Assembly (NCBI GenBank): GCA_038231155.1
Contig: JBBRLY010000009.1
Span: 1 to 51,610 of the forward strand
Source of the DNA: Candidatus Saccharimonadales bacterium
Lineage (GTDB): Bacteria; Patescibacteriota; Saccharimonadia; Saccharimonadales; JANWIN01
Length of the DNA stretch: 51,610 nt
Reading direction: 5' to 3'
Both the position numbers and the translations under genes were made by a program. Every line of letters begins with the position of its first letter. Position 1 is the stretch's first letter. Below, piece after piece: positions 9,603-19,190 of this stretch. The notes below the pieces were generated by a model. The model saw nothing but the letters and a program-made list of their open reading frames with translations, was not told the origin of the DNA and made no database searches.

Positions 9603-9631
9603 ATTATATATCGGTTAAGCTACCAACGCAA
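9603..9631 (-). promoter_or_regulatory. Sigma70-type promoter for the candidate RNA
   Basis: TTGCGT-N17-TATAAT. Confidence 0.65.
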
Positions 9632-9657
9632 GACTATTTGGAGTTTACATGACGTGT

Positions 9658-10176
9658 TTAAACGTCAAGGTCATCAAATTCTTTAAGTTCTTTGCGAGTT
9701 CGGTCAATACGGTTTTCGTGCTCTTTGTCTTCTTCTTTGTCTTCGTCAGTTGAAGTAGCGGTTGTTGAACTAGCTGTTGAAGTTTCTGCTTGCGAATCTT
9801 CTGCATCGCTAGTCTCGTCAACCGTAGATTGTTCAGTAGAATCTTCAGTAATTGCCTGTGGTTCTAAATCTGGTGCACCCTCTTCACTATGACGATCTTC
9901 AAAACGGCGCTCTCTACGCTCTGGTGCTTCACCATTGTTGACAATTTTTAAATTGTAGCGGGCATCATTTTTAGTCCCAAGTGCTCTTAGTAAAGTTCGT
10001 AAACTTTGAGCTGTAGCGCCTCTTTTACCGATTACTCTACCTAAGTCTTCAGGGTCAACAGTTAATTCTAATAAGACGCCCTTTTCATCTATCCGCCGTT
10101 CAATAGATACGGCATCTGGTTTGCTGACTAAAGATTTAACGATAAATTCAACAAACTGTTGGTCAATGCTGCTCAT
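9658..10176 (-). CDS. khpA: KH-domain RNA-binding protein (KhpA/YlqC) with an acidic C-terminal extension
   Basis: VDPEDLGRVIGKRGATAQSLR GxxG motif; lies next to rpsP. Confidence 0.9.
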   Translation of the reverse strand: MSSIDQQFVEFIVKSLVSKPDAVSIERRIDEKGVLLELTVDPEDLGRVIGKRGATAQSLRTLLRALGTKNDARYNLKIVNNGEAPERRERRFEDRHSEEGAPDLEPQAITEDSTEQSTVDETSDAEDSQAETSTASSTTATSTDEDKEEDKEHENRIDRTRKELKEFDDLDV

Positions 10177-10253
10177 TTCAGTCTCTCCTTTAATTACTGC
10201 AGGTAAATTGATTATACCAAAAGCTGATTATTGCGTCACTGGTTAACAAACGA

Positions 10254-10799
10254 TTAGCTGGCTGCTTCTTCGGATTCCTTTGACTCGACTACTATATCCG
10301 CAGATTCTTTAGCAGTTGATTGATTATCTTCTGAGGAATCGGCAGGTTCTTTAGTTTTGGCTTCGGCTTTAGTAGGTTCGTTTGCTTGATTTGTAGTTTC
10401 AGTCTGTTCAGAGTTATTTTCGATAGTATTCGTTTCAGCCGGTTTACTATCTGCAGCTACCGTTGGTTTTGGCTTTTCAGCTTCTGCTGGGCGGTTTCGA
10501 CGTAGTTTATCTTGGTTTCGAATAGTTCCAGCCTTTTTAGTCTTAGCTACTACCCAATCTGGCAATTTAATTCCTTCGCTTTTAAATAAGCTAGCTACTC
10601 GTTCAGAAGGTTGAGCGCCGTTTTTTAAATAAATCTCAGCTTTATCTTTAACTAAAGTACTGGTCTTAGTGTGAGGGTTATAACTACCGAGTTGCGCCAC
10701 GAACTTACCACTTTTTGGGCTCTGACGTGAGTCTTGGACTACGACTCTAAATTGAGCGGTGCCACGACGGCCAATCCGCTTCATACGAATAGCTAACAT
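10254..10799 (-). CDS. rpsP: 30S ribosomal protein S16 with a long C-terminal extension
   Basis: MLAIRMKRIGRR...FRVVVQDSR...GSYNP...GAQPSERV. Confidence 0.97.
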   Translation of the reverse strand: MLAIRMKRIGRRGTAQFRVVVQDSRQSPKSGKFVAQLGSYNPHTKTSTLVKDKAEIYLKNGAQPSERVASLFKSEGIKLPDWVVAKTKKAGTIRNQDKLRRNRPAEAEKPKPTVAADSKPAETNTIENNSEQTETTNQANEPTKAEAKTKEPADSSEDNQSTAKESADIVVESKESEEAAS

Positions 10800-10854
10800 G
10801 TAGTTAAACTTACTCCCTTAAACAGTTATAGCGTTTATGAAAATAATCTTGATA

Positions 10855-10883
10855 ATTTTACAGATATACGCCCCTGTTGTCAA
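10855..10883 (-). promoter_or_regulatory. Sigma70 promoter of rpsP
   Basis: TTGACA-N17-TAAAAT upstream of a GGGAG Shine-Dalgarno. Confidence 0.75.
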
Positions 10884-10917
10884 CTGTCAGTAGGCTTGAC
10901 CACCAACATTTTTGGGT

Positions 10918-11613
10918 TTATTTATAGTCTTTAAGGGCGGCTTCTGCAGCGGCGACCTGTCCAGCTTGCTTGCTTGGACCAACACCCTCACCCTTAATTT
11001 TACCATCTACAAATACGCCCACACTGAAGATTTTATCGTGATCCGGTCCTTCTTCGCTCATTACTTTATAGACTGGCGTAAAGCCTTCTTTACTTTGCAC
11101 AATTTCTTGCAAAATAGACTTGGGATCCATCCAGGTACCATTTTTTAAGATGTCATCAAATGTAACCAGTAAACCTGTAGTAATAAACTTTTTGGCTATT
11201 TCATATCCTTGGTCTAGGTATAGGGCGCCGATTACAGCTTCAAAAGCATTAGCTAGTATTTGAGCCCGGGCTCTGTCAGTACCGCGACGCTCGCCTCTAC
11301 TTAAGCGTAGTAGCGGCTCAAATTTATGTCTGACTGCAGCTGCACTGATACTTTCAGTCCTAACTAAAGCACTACGCCAGTTAGTTAATACCCCTTCTGG
11401 TTCCTTGAAGTTGATGTATAAATATTCGGTGACCACTAATTCAAGAACAGCATCACCTAAGAATTCCAGACGTTCGTTGTGCTCACGTACCGATTTGCGG
11501 TGTTCATTAACATATGAACGATGCGTAAAAGCCGTTAGTAGCAGATCGATATTATTAAAATCAACACCTAGCTCATCACGAGCAAAGTTTTTATATGGGC
11601 TATAGTCCTGCAT
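10918..11613 (-). CDS. rnc: Ribonuclease III
   Basis: HNERLEFLGDAVL signature, LANAFEAVIGALYLD, and a C-terminal dsRBD. Confidence 0.97.
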   Translation of the reverse strand: MQDYSPYKNFARDELGVDFNNIDLLLTAFTHRSYVNEHRKSVREHNERLEFLGDAVLELVVTEYLYINFKEPEGVLTNWRSALVRTESISAAAVRHKFEPLLRLSRGERRGTDRARAQILANAFEAVIGALYLDQGYEIAKKFITTGLLVTFDDILKNGTWMDPKSILQEIVQSKEGFTPVYKVMSEEGPDHDKIFSVGVFVDGKIKGEGVGPSKQAGQVAAAEAALKDYK

Positions 11614-12100
11614 GTCTAATTTTTTTCATTCCCAGCAAAATTATTTTGCCAATGTCTTCGTATTCAATTTTATCAAGCGCCTCGTTAACTGGGAACCACT
11701 TAATTCCATTCATCCAATCTTCAGGCTTTAGTTTGTCAGTATCACCGAGTGCTTTAACTAAAAATATCTCAGTTGTCATAAGTACTAGAGACTGCTGGCG
11801 ACGGTAACGGAAATTAATTTTTCCTAGCCAATTTAATACTTTTAGCTCTTTCAAACCAGTTTCTTCGCGAATTTCACGCTCCGCGGTTTCTTTGGCTTTC
11901 TCGCCTTCTTCAATATGTCCTTTGGGGATAGTCCAACGGTTCTTAGCGTCTTGGATTAGTAACACCTCAATATTATTGGATGTGGCATTACGTCTGAATA
12001 TAATTCCACCAGAAGTAGGCTCGCGTACGACTTCTTTGATCGCTGGTCTACGACGGTGAACGAATTTTTTTATGCCTTGGATTGGTTTAGGTCTTTTCAT
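11600..12100 (-). CDS. NUDIX hydrolase
   Basis: Nudix box GHIEEGEKAKETAEREIREETG. Confidence 0.92.
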   Translation of the reverse strand: MKRPKPIQGIKKFVHRRRPAIKEVVREPTSGGIIFRRNATSNNIEVLLIQDAKNRWTIPKGHIEEGEKAKETAEREIREETGLKELKVLNWLGKINFRYRRQQSLVLMTTEIFLVKALGDTDKLKPEDWMNGIKWFPVNEALDKIEYEDIGKIILLGMKKIRHAGL

Positions 12101-12112
12101 GGATTAGATTCC

Positions 12113-12565
12113 CTATGATTTCGAATGATTATTGTTCACATCTTGGAGCTGCTTCAGCAAAGTGCCTAATACTCCGTTAACGAACTTAGAACTATTATCG
12201 CCTCCGAACGATTTAGCTAGCTCTACCGCTTCATTAATAACTACTTTTGGTGGAACCGACTTAGTGTGTAGCAGTTCATACAGCCCAATGCGCAAGACTA
12301 TTCGGTCCATTCGGGCAATCTGGTCAATTGGCCACTCCGGTGCTACAGGTTGTAGTTGTTCATCCAGCTCAGTTTGTTTGACATTTACGCCTTTTACTAA
12401 ATCGGCAATAAAGGCCTGGTCATCAATTGTATCACGATATCGGCTGATATTGCGGGCTAACACTTCGTCTAAATTAAAGCTTTTATCACCACATTCCCGT
12501 CTAAAGTCCTGTTCAAACAGGGTTTGCAAGGCAACGATGCGGCCGAGGTGGCGGTTAGCACTCAT
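12113..12565 (-). CDS. nusB: Transcription antitermination factor NusB
   Basis: [38 protein letters not shown]...FVNGVLG. Confidence 0.96.
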   Translation of the reverse strand: MSANRHLGRIVALQTLFEQDFRRECGDKSFNLDEVLARNISRYRDTIDDQAFIADLVKGVNVKQTELDEQLQPVAPEWPIDQIARMDRIVLRIGLYELLHTKSVPPKVVINEAVELAKSFGGDNSSKFVNGVLGTLLKQLQDVNNNHSKS

Positions 12566-12611
12566 ATTTACTATTGTTAAATTCCGTTTAGGTTATTCAA
12601 AACCGCTGTTT

Positions 12612-12770
12612 CTATTTGATAGCAGTTTGGGTTTGTTTGCCAGTTTCTTTGCGAGTGGTGTAAACCTTAACTGGCGAAGTAGCATTGACCTGGCGAGCCA
12701 ATTTTAGACCGATGTGACTTCTACGCATTCCGGTGCGCCGGGGACTAGTACGCTTTTTGGGTTTACCCAT
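12612..12770 (-). CDS. rpmF: 50S ribosomal protein L32-like, Cys-free form (52 aa; missing from the ORF track)
   Basis: Translated by hand: MGKPKKRTSPRRTGMRRSHIGLKLARQVNATSPVKVYTTRKETGKQTQTAIK. PKKRTS..R...RRSH N-terminus of L32; AAGGAG SD and a TATAAT upstream. Confidence 0.8.
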   Translation of the reverse strand: MGKPKKRTSPRRTGMRRSHIGLKLARQVNATSPVKVYTTRKETGKQTQTAIK

Positions 12771-12861
12771 GAAAAATAAGCTCCTTGCTTTATTTTAGAG
12801 TGATAGATTAACTGGTATTATACCCCATTAACAGATAAACCTCAAGCTTGCCCGTAATTGC

Positions 12862-15312
12862 TTAAATAACTAAATTAAGTAGTTTACTAGGTACATAAAT
12901 AGTATTTTTGATCAATTTATCTTTAGTGTATTTTTGAACTCTTGGATTGGTCGTAGCCGTTTCTTTTACTTGTTCTTCTGAAGCGTCGACCGGCAGATCG
13001 ATGTTGGCCCTAACCTTACCATTAACCTGAACAACAATTGTCATACGATCGGACAATAAATACTTAGGATCATGGGTTGGCCATTTGCTTTCGTGAACCG
13101 ATCCTTGATTACCGAGCTGTTCCCATAATTCTTCACTAATATACGGCGCAAAGGGTGCTAGCAGCTGGATTAATGTTTGAATTGCCAATGCCCACTCTTG
13201 GTGGTTTTGGAAATGATCTTTTTCCTTTGTTTTATACAGCGCATTAACCATTTCCATTAAGGCGGAGACAGCGGTGTTAAAACCAAGCTCGTCTAAGTCT
13301 TTACTGACGCGTGCAATAGTTTGATGCGCCAGCCTTAACAATACTTCCGATTCACTACTGCCCTTAGCTTCCGGTTTTTGAACAGACCTCTGCTCGTTAT
13401 ATTCTTGTACCAATGTCCAAACTCTCTGTAAAAAGCGGAAAGTTCCACCCAAACCTTCAATGCTCCAATTTGCAAGCTGGTCCCACGGACCAATAAACAA
13501 TTCCATGATTCGAATTGAATCAGCACCGTAACCTTGGTCGATTAAATCATCAGGGGCAATCACGTTACCCCAACTTTTACTCATTTTTCGACCATCAGAA
13601 GCTAAAATCATACCTTGGTTTCGAAGTGTCGTAAATGGTTCGTCAAACGTAATTAGACCCTCATCAAACATCACTTTTGTCCAGAAACGAGAATACAGTA
13701 AATGCATTACTGCGTGCTCGGCACCACCAATGTAGTCATCAACCGGCAGCCAATATTTTACTTTATCTTTTGCGAAAGCTTGTTTGTCGTTATTTGGATC
13801 CGCAAATCTTAAAAAGTACCAACTGCTACAGGCAAAACCGTCCATAGTGTCAGTTTCGCGTTGTGCTGGGCCTGCACACACAGGGCAGGTTGTATTTACA
13901 AATTCAGGCACCCTAGCCAAAGGGCTACGGCCATCCCCGCTAGGTTCATAACTTTCCATTGGCGGTAATTTTACCGGTAGATCTTTTTCTGGAACTGGTA
14001 CGGCACCGTCTTTAGGACAATGAATAATCGGAATCGGAGCACCCCAATAGCGCTGACGACTGATTAACCAATCCCTGATTTTGTAATTAATACGTTCAGT
14101 CGCGTATCCAGCTTCTACCATGTCAGCTAGAATTTTTTCCCGCACTTCTTCTGTTCTTAAACCGTTATAACTATCCGAATTCATAACTATGCCTTCACTG
14201 TGGAAATCATTCCCATCTTCATTTTTGTAGACTTTGCGTATTTCCAGACCGTATTTTTCAGCAAACAGTTTATCTCGAGAATCATGTCCTGGTACTCCCA
14301 TTACCGCACCAGTTCCGTAACCCAATAAAACGTAATCCGCAACCCAAATGGGAACTTTTTCTTTGTTAATTGGATTAATGGCGTAAGCACCGATAAAAAT
14401 ACCGGTTTTTTGTTTGCCAGCTTCTTCTTGACGTTCTATATCACTTTTGAGAAGCGACTTTTGGATATATTCTTTAACCGATGATTTATATTTGTCAGTT
14501 GTTAGGCTTTGAACCAGTGGGTGCTCCGGAGCAAGTACCATAAATGTAACGCCGTATTGAGTGTCTTGGCGTATTGTGAAAACATTCACTTTTTGACTAT
14601 TATTTTCTATGTTGAATTCAATTTCAGCGCCCGTGCTCTTACCAATCCAATTACGCTGCATGGTTTTAATAGATTCAGACCAATTCAATTTATCGAGATC
14701 AGACACTAATCTATCGGCATAGTCAGTGATTTTAAAGAACCACTGTTTGAGAGCCTTTTTCTCAACCTTGGCACCACTGCGCTCTGCATTCCCATCTATA
14801 ACCTGTTCATTAGCTAACACCGTTTTATCTACTGGATCCCAATTCACTAAGGCCTCTTTTTGGTAAGCTAGACCTTTTTTAAAAAGCAATAAAAACAACC
14901 ATTGAGTCCATTTATAGTAATCTGGATCGCTACTGTTGATTTCGCGTGACCAGTCATATCCAAAACCCATTTGCATTAACTGCTTTTTAAACTTGGTGGT
15001 ATTTTCCTGAATTGCTTGCTGGGGGCTAATGCCTGATTTGATAGCATAATTTTCCGCTGGCAGACCAAAAGCGTCCCAACCCATTGGATGTAAGACATTA
15101 TCCCCCATCATTCGCCGCCAACGAGCTATAGCATCTCCAATTGTATAATTGCGTACATGCCCTACGTGCATGGCAGCACCGCTGGGATATGGAAAGTACT
15201 CTAGTACATATCGCTTAGGCTTTTGGGGATCTTCTACTGCCCGGTAAATGCCCCGGTCTTCCCAGCTTTTTTGCCATTTAGCCTCAATTTGTTTTGGATT
15301 ATAGCGCTTCAC
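12862..15312 (-). CDS. leuS: Leucine--tRNA ligase; likely GTG start at 15312
   Basis: FPYPSGAAMHVGH (HIGH), KMSKS, CP1 domain GTGAVMGVPGHDSRD, DWLISRQRYWG. Confidence 0.97.
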   Translation of the reverse strand: MKRYNPKQIEAKWQKSWEDRGIYRAVEDPQKPKRYVLEYFPYPSGAAMHVGHVRNYTIGDAIARWRRMMGDNVLHPMGWDAFGLPAENYAIKSGISPQQAIQENTTKFKKQLMQMGFGYDWSREINSSDPDYYKWTQWLFLLLFKKGLAYQKEALVNWDPVDKTVLANEQVIDGNAERSGAKVEKKALKQWFFKITDYADRLVSDLDKLNWSESIKTMQRNWIGKSTGAEIEFNIENNSQKVNVFTIRQDTQYGVTFMVLAPEHPLVQSLTTDKYKSSVKEYIQKSLLKSDIERQEEAGKQKTGIFIGAYAINPINKEKVPIWVADYVLLGYGTGAVMGVPGHDSRDKLFAEKYGLEIRKVYKNEDGNDFHSEGIVMNSDSYNGLRTEEVREKILADMVEAGYATERINYKIRDWLISRQRYWGAPIPIIHCPKDGAVPVPEKDLPVKLPPMESYEPSGDGRSPLARVPEFVNTTCPVCAGPAQRETDTMDGFACSSWYFLRFADPNNDKQAFAKDKVKYWLPVDDYIGGAEHAVMHLLYSRFWTKVMFDEGLITFDEPFTTLRNQGMILASDGRKMSKSWGNVIAPDDLIDQGYGADSIRIMELFIGPWDQLANWSIEGLGGTFRFLQRVWTLVQEYNEQRSVQKPEAKGSSESEVLLRLAHQTIARVSKDLDELGFNTAVSALMEMVNALYKTKEKDHFQNHQEWALAIQTLIQLLAPFAPYISEELWEQLGNQGSVHESKWPTHDPKYLLSDRMTIVVQVNGKVRANIDLPVDASEEQVKETATTNPRVQKYTKDKLIKNTIYVPSKLLNLVI

Positions 15313-15349
15313 TTGGACATTGTACGATAATTTACCTCTGTAGTCACTG

Positions 15350-16255
15350 CTAGCGACCAAAGAATAAACCTTGCGAGTTAGACTGCAAGTTGAGTAGCTG
15401 TCCTACATTAACGAATTTATATTTCGGAGTAAGATCACGCAGGATGCTGTCTAGTGCCAATGCAGTTAGTGCATGATCGTGCATCACTAAAATCGCACCT
15501 GGGCGAACTTGAGTTTCAACTTGTTTAATTACACTGGCTGTATCTTTTTGGGCCCAGTCTTTGGGATCAACGTTCCATAAAATAACTGCCATTTTAATCT
15601 GACTTAATACTGCTGGGTTTACGGCCCCATAAGGTGGTCGAAACAAGTAAGGTGCTGGAATACCGGTAACAGTAATGGCATTTTGGGTTAGATCAATCTG
15701 TTGTTGAATTTGCGATACATTTAGTTTCGTAAAATCAGGATGTGACCAGCTGTGGTTGCCTACATCGTCGCCGTCGGTATACATACGTCTAACTAGGGCC
15801 GTATTTGGTGCTACTTTCAAACCAATCAAAAAGAAACTGGCATGGATTTTATATTTTTCAAGGGTATTTAAAATAAGCGGGCTGGAGTCGGCATTAGGAC
15901 CATCATCAAAACTAAGCGCGATACAGGCATCAACCTTACAGTCGGCTGGTGGTGGTGGCGGTGAAGCTAGCAGTTTATCTACTAAAAAACTGGACGGATT
16001 TCCGGTTTCTGGCAATAAATGTTCGATGTCGATTGATTGGCCGGCTACATGACCTTGCGGTTTGATTGGTTTTATTATTAAAGGTTTTGGCGCGGACGAA
16101 GCTTTAGTTGTAAGGCTACTGAAAGTTACAAATATAAGGGCTAAACAAATAAGTGCGCTGTTAATAAGCATTTGCGGCAGCAAATAAAACGATACCCTTC
16201 TTGGCCTTATATTTGGACGGTTATCCCATAACCGCCGCGAATTCACCATCCTCAC
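15350..16255 (-). CDS. Membrane-anchored polysaccharide/peptidoglycan deacetylase (NodB/CE4)
   Basis: LSFDDGP, NHSWSHPD, FRPPYG, WNVDPKDW and VMHD motifs after an N-terminal TM segment. Confidence 0.92.
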   Translation of the reverse strand: MRMVNSRRLWDNRPNIRPRRVSFYLLPQMLINSALICLALIFVTFSSLTTKASSAPKPLIIKPIKPQGHVAGQSIDIEHLLPETGNPSSFLVDKLLASPPPPPADCKVDACIALSFDDGPNADSSPLILNTLEKYKIHASFFLIGLKVAPNTALVRRMYTDGDDVGNHSWSHPDFTKLNVSQIQQQIDLTQNAITVTGIPAPYLFRPPYGAVNPAVLSQIKMAVILWNVDPKDWAQKDTASVIKQVETQVRPGAILVMHDHALTALALDSILRDLTPKYKFVNVGQLLNLQSNSQGLFFGR

Positions 16256-16299
16256 GCTGCTCTCAAGATAGCGTAGGTCTAAGTCAAGGTCAACCGTAA

Positions 16300-17325
16300 C
16301 TACAGGTGGCGTACTTTACGCCGAGCGGTTTCAAATAAATAAGTAGCTTGATATTTTATGGGGTTAACTACCAAATCGCGAGCCGGTAAATAAGCAACAT
16401 CTTGACCACCAAATCCACGCTTGAATACTGATGCTCCGTAAAAGCGGTGTTTGGTTTGTCCATGTTCGGTAATTCCCCAAAAATCATATAGTCTGCAGCC
16501 GCGTCTCTTAGCTTCATGAATAGCTTCCCATTGTATGGCATATGCACCTGGATACTGTCTGGCAAGATCAGTGCTGGCACCATAGTGATAAGCCGCTTCG
16601 CCGTTATAAAAAATTATAAAGGCCATAGCTAGTAGTTTGCCTTGATAAGTTGACCTGTACATCAAAACTTTGTCAGCTTTCGCAAATAATTTAAATTGTT
16701 CTGTTAAAAACTTATAAGAAAAAGGTACAAATTTCTGACGCTTGGCTGTTTGGATTTGCAGATTATAAAACTCATCTAATAACTTAGGTTCATTGGTAGC
16801 TTCAACTTTAATACCAAGTTTAATGGACCGATTGATTTCATACCTGGTACCTTTACGCATAGCTTTTTTAAGTTCATCATCATCTTTAGACAGATCGAGT
16901 TTACTGGTCAGTTGGGCATGTAAGTGCATAGGTGCTGTTTTAAAACCTAAGGTTTTAAACAGCTGGACTGCTTCTGATGTATTTAGAAGTTGTGGCCTAA
17001 CTCTAACAAATAGGCAGTTATGCTGTTTAGCCAGCTGCCCAATCTCGTTGACCCAAGTTGTTATAAGTTGCTGATTGTTCCAATTAAGGATTGGACCGCC
17101 GGGAATAGCTAAATGACGGCCTCTTTTTGCAGGTTCGACGACTGCTAAATTTAGTCCGACTAAATTGTCGGATTCATAGAAACCGCTACGAATAATTTGA
17201 TGTCCAAGTTGTTCATGAAATTCACCCCAATACCAGGATTGTAAAAAATTAGCTTCAGGATGTAAGGTGATGAATTCTTCCCAAATCTGCTGCTGGTCTA
17301 TGATTTTTGTTGTAATGTTTGCCAC
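16300..17325 (-). CDS. FemAB/FemX-family aminoacyl-tRNA-dependent aminoacyltransferase (GTG start)
   Basis: FLQSWYWG, YHYGAS, AIQWEAIHEAK, YDFWG and FKRGFGG motifs; short form with no coiled-coil insert. Confidence 0.9.
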   Translation of the reverse strand: MANITTKIIDQQQIWEEFITLHPEANFLQSWYWGEFHEQLGHQIIRSGFYESDNLVGLNLAVVEPAKRGRHLAIPGGPILNWNNQQLITTWVNEIGQLAKQHNCLFVRVRPQLLNTSEAVQLFKTLGFKTAPMHLHAQLTSKLDLSKDDDELKKAMRKGTRYEINRSIKLGIKVEATNEPKLLDEFYNLQIQTAKRQKFVPFSYKFLTEQFKLFAKADKVLMYRSTYQGKLLAMAFIIFYNGEAAYHYGASTDLARQYPGAYAIQWEAIHEAKRRGCRLYDFWGITEHGQTKHRFYGASVFKRGFGGQDVAYLPARDLVVNPIKYQATYLFETARRKVRHL

Positions 17326-18497
17326 TGCTTGATTTTAGCACAAATATCAGCCGCAATTACTGGGGTAATATGCCGGTGAGTTGGTAAGTTGACGATATGT
17401 TTAGCCAAATCTTCAGCTGATGGACAGCTACCGGCCTGATAGTTTGTTTTAGCCAAGTAATTCTTAGGACCAATTGGCGCATCGTACCAAGTGTCGCCAA
17501 TAAAGATATGTTGAGTACGTAAATAGTCAATAAGCGGCTTGGGGTCGTCTAGTCTAATCGGAAAACGTAGATAAGTTGGTTGACCGTTGTTGGGCTGAAT
17601 TAGCTGCAGTTCACTTATTATATTTTTGGTATAGATAGCGGCAATCTCCCGCCGGTGGTCTAGTTCAGATTGTCTATCCTGCCAGCGCTGCAAAATTAGT
17701 CCTGCGGTACTGCTCGACATACTATGCAGTCCTTCGAGTCCTTCGCTCATTGGAGTAGATAATAAGTGAAACCGTTTAAGACTAAAGTGCAAAACCCGCC
17801 CAATACCTAATTGATAAGTAGTCCGGATTAAGCCTGTCCAAAACGGATAAAAACGGTTTTTTAGGCGTTGCCAAGCTGAAACTAGTGGTAATTTAGTTAG
17901 ATTATTAGAAGTATTAGAGCGTCGATCGATTAAAGCTCCGCCGGCCACAACGTCTACCGGTTTATCCTGGCTAAATGACAGCATTATTAAAGCACCGACC
18001 GTGCCGACTTCCCGCCCATCGCTATAAATTGCTCCGACGGAATGAGCTAAGTCTTCGATTAATAAGATGCTTTGCGCTTTGCAGAATTTATCCAACTCTA
18101 CCATATCGGCCGGATAACCCAATGTGTTTTGGACAATTATGGCACTTAAACCGGGATTTTTAATTTTGGCATGTTTGAGTTGAATAATATCAAAGTTTGT
18201 TTGACCGGGAGTTATATCAATAAATAAGGCTTGATAACCAGCATTAACTACAGCCTGGTAAAGTACGTAGCATGTAAAGCCGTTAATACCAACTAGGCTA
18301 CCGGGAGGTAAATTACTATGGCGTAAGGCCAACTCTAAGGCCTCGCGACCTTTATAAGTCAGTATTACGTTTCCAGTGTAATGTTCTTTTAGGACTTGTT
18401 GAAGGTTATTAGACGCTGTTTTAGAGCTAAAAGCCAGTAAATTCCGCCAAACAAACTTTCCGGAGTAATTTGAGCCTAGTGAATTAAAAATACTCAT
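17298..18497 (-). CDS. DegT/DnrJ/EryC1/StrS-family PLP-dependent aminotransferase
   Basis: KGREALELAL, IEDLAHSVG (PLP Asp), LSFSQDKP..AGGAL (Schiff-base Lys), VNLPTH. Confidence 0.85.
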   Translation of the reverse strand: MSIFNSLGSNYSGKFVWRNLLAFSSKTASNNLQQVLKEHYTGNVILTYKGREALELALRHSNLPPGSLVGINGFTCYVLYQAVVNAGYQALFIDITPGQTNFDIIQLKHAKIKNPGLSAIIVQNTLGYPADMVELDKFCKAQSILLIEDLAHSVGAIYSDGREVGTVGALIMLSFSQDKPVDVVAGGALIDRRSNTSNNLTKLPLVSAWQRLKNRFYPFWTGLIRTTYQLGIGRVLHFSLKRFHLLSTPMSEGLEGLHSMSSSTAGLILQRWQDRQSELDHRREIAAIYTKNIISELQLIQPNNGQPTYLRFPIRLDDPKPLIDYLRTQHIFIGDTWYDAPIGPKNYLAKTNYQAGSCPSAEDLAKHIVNLPTHRHITPVIAADICAKIKQWQTLQQKS

Positions 18498-18500
18498 ATT

Positions 18501-19190
18501 TTAGCGACCTAATACTTTTACAACTATCGATGCGGTTTTTTCAGGATGACTGAAGAATGGTGAATGACGGGCATCGTCAATGATATATAAATCTGAACTA
18601 GCTATAGACTTATGCATTAATTGAGCTTCTTTAAGCGGCGTAATAGTGTCTTCCCTTCCCCAGATAATTGTTACGGGCAGGTTTATTAGTGATAAATCAA
18701 GTAACTGGTCGGCCTGTAGCATGTTTTGCATGGTACGTTTCATATTAGGCGGAGCGTTGTAGTAATCCTTAGCACCGATAAGCTTATAGAAGACTTTTTT
18801 AAGCGGTGGTATATATGAAAATAGTTTGCCAATTTTAGATAAAAATTTAAGAGTTTTTAGTTTAAGTAATGATCGTCTTTCAGTGTGGGCAATCCCGGCA
18901 CTGTCTATTAATATAAGCTGTCCGATCCGGTTTGGATATTTTTGAGCAAATGACAAGGCAATACGACCGCCGTTAGAGTGACCGATTACGGTTGGTGATT
19001 TTTGGCCACTTAACTGTTTATTTAACCACTCTATATAGCCATCGATATCCCATACTTTATCGCTGTCATCGGTTAAGCCTGGCACTCTAAGTTGAACTGG
19101 TTCAATATTATGTTTTCGTAGCTCAGCACAAAATACTGACCATTTATCCAAACTATAGGTCCAGCCATGAATAATGAAGACTTTTTTCAT
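18501..19190 (-). CDS. Alpha/beta-fold hydrolase
   Basis: IIHGW, GHSNGG nucleophile elbow, WGREDTIT, DARHSPF; ATGA overlap with the murF stop. Confidence 0.9.
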   Translation of the reverse strand: MKKVFIIHGWTYSLDKWSVFCAELRKHNIEPVQLRVPGLTDDSDKVWDIDGYIEWLNKQLSGQKSPTVIGHSNGGRIALSFAQKYPNRIGQLILIDSAGIAHTERRSLLKLKTLKFLSKIGKLFSYIPPLKKVFYKLIGAKDYYNAPPNMKRTMQNMLQADQLLDLSLINLPVTIIWGREDTITPLKEAQLMHKSIASSDLYIIDDARHSPFFSHPEKTASIVVKVLGR

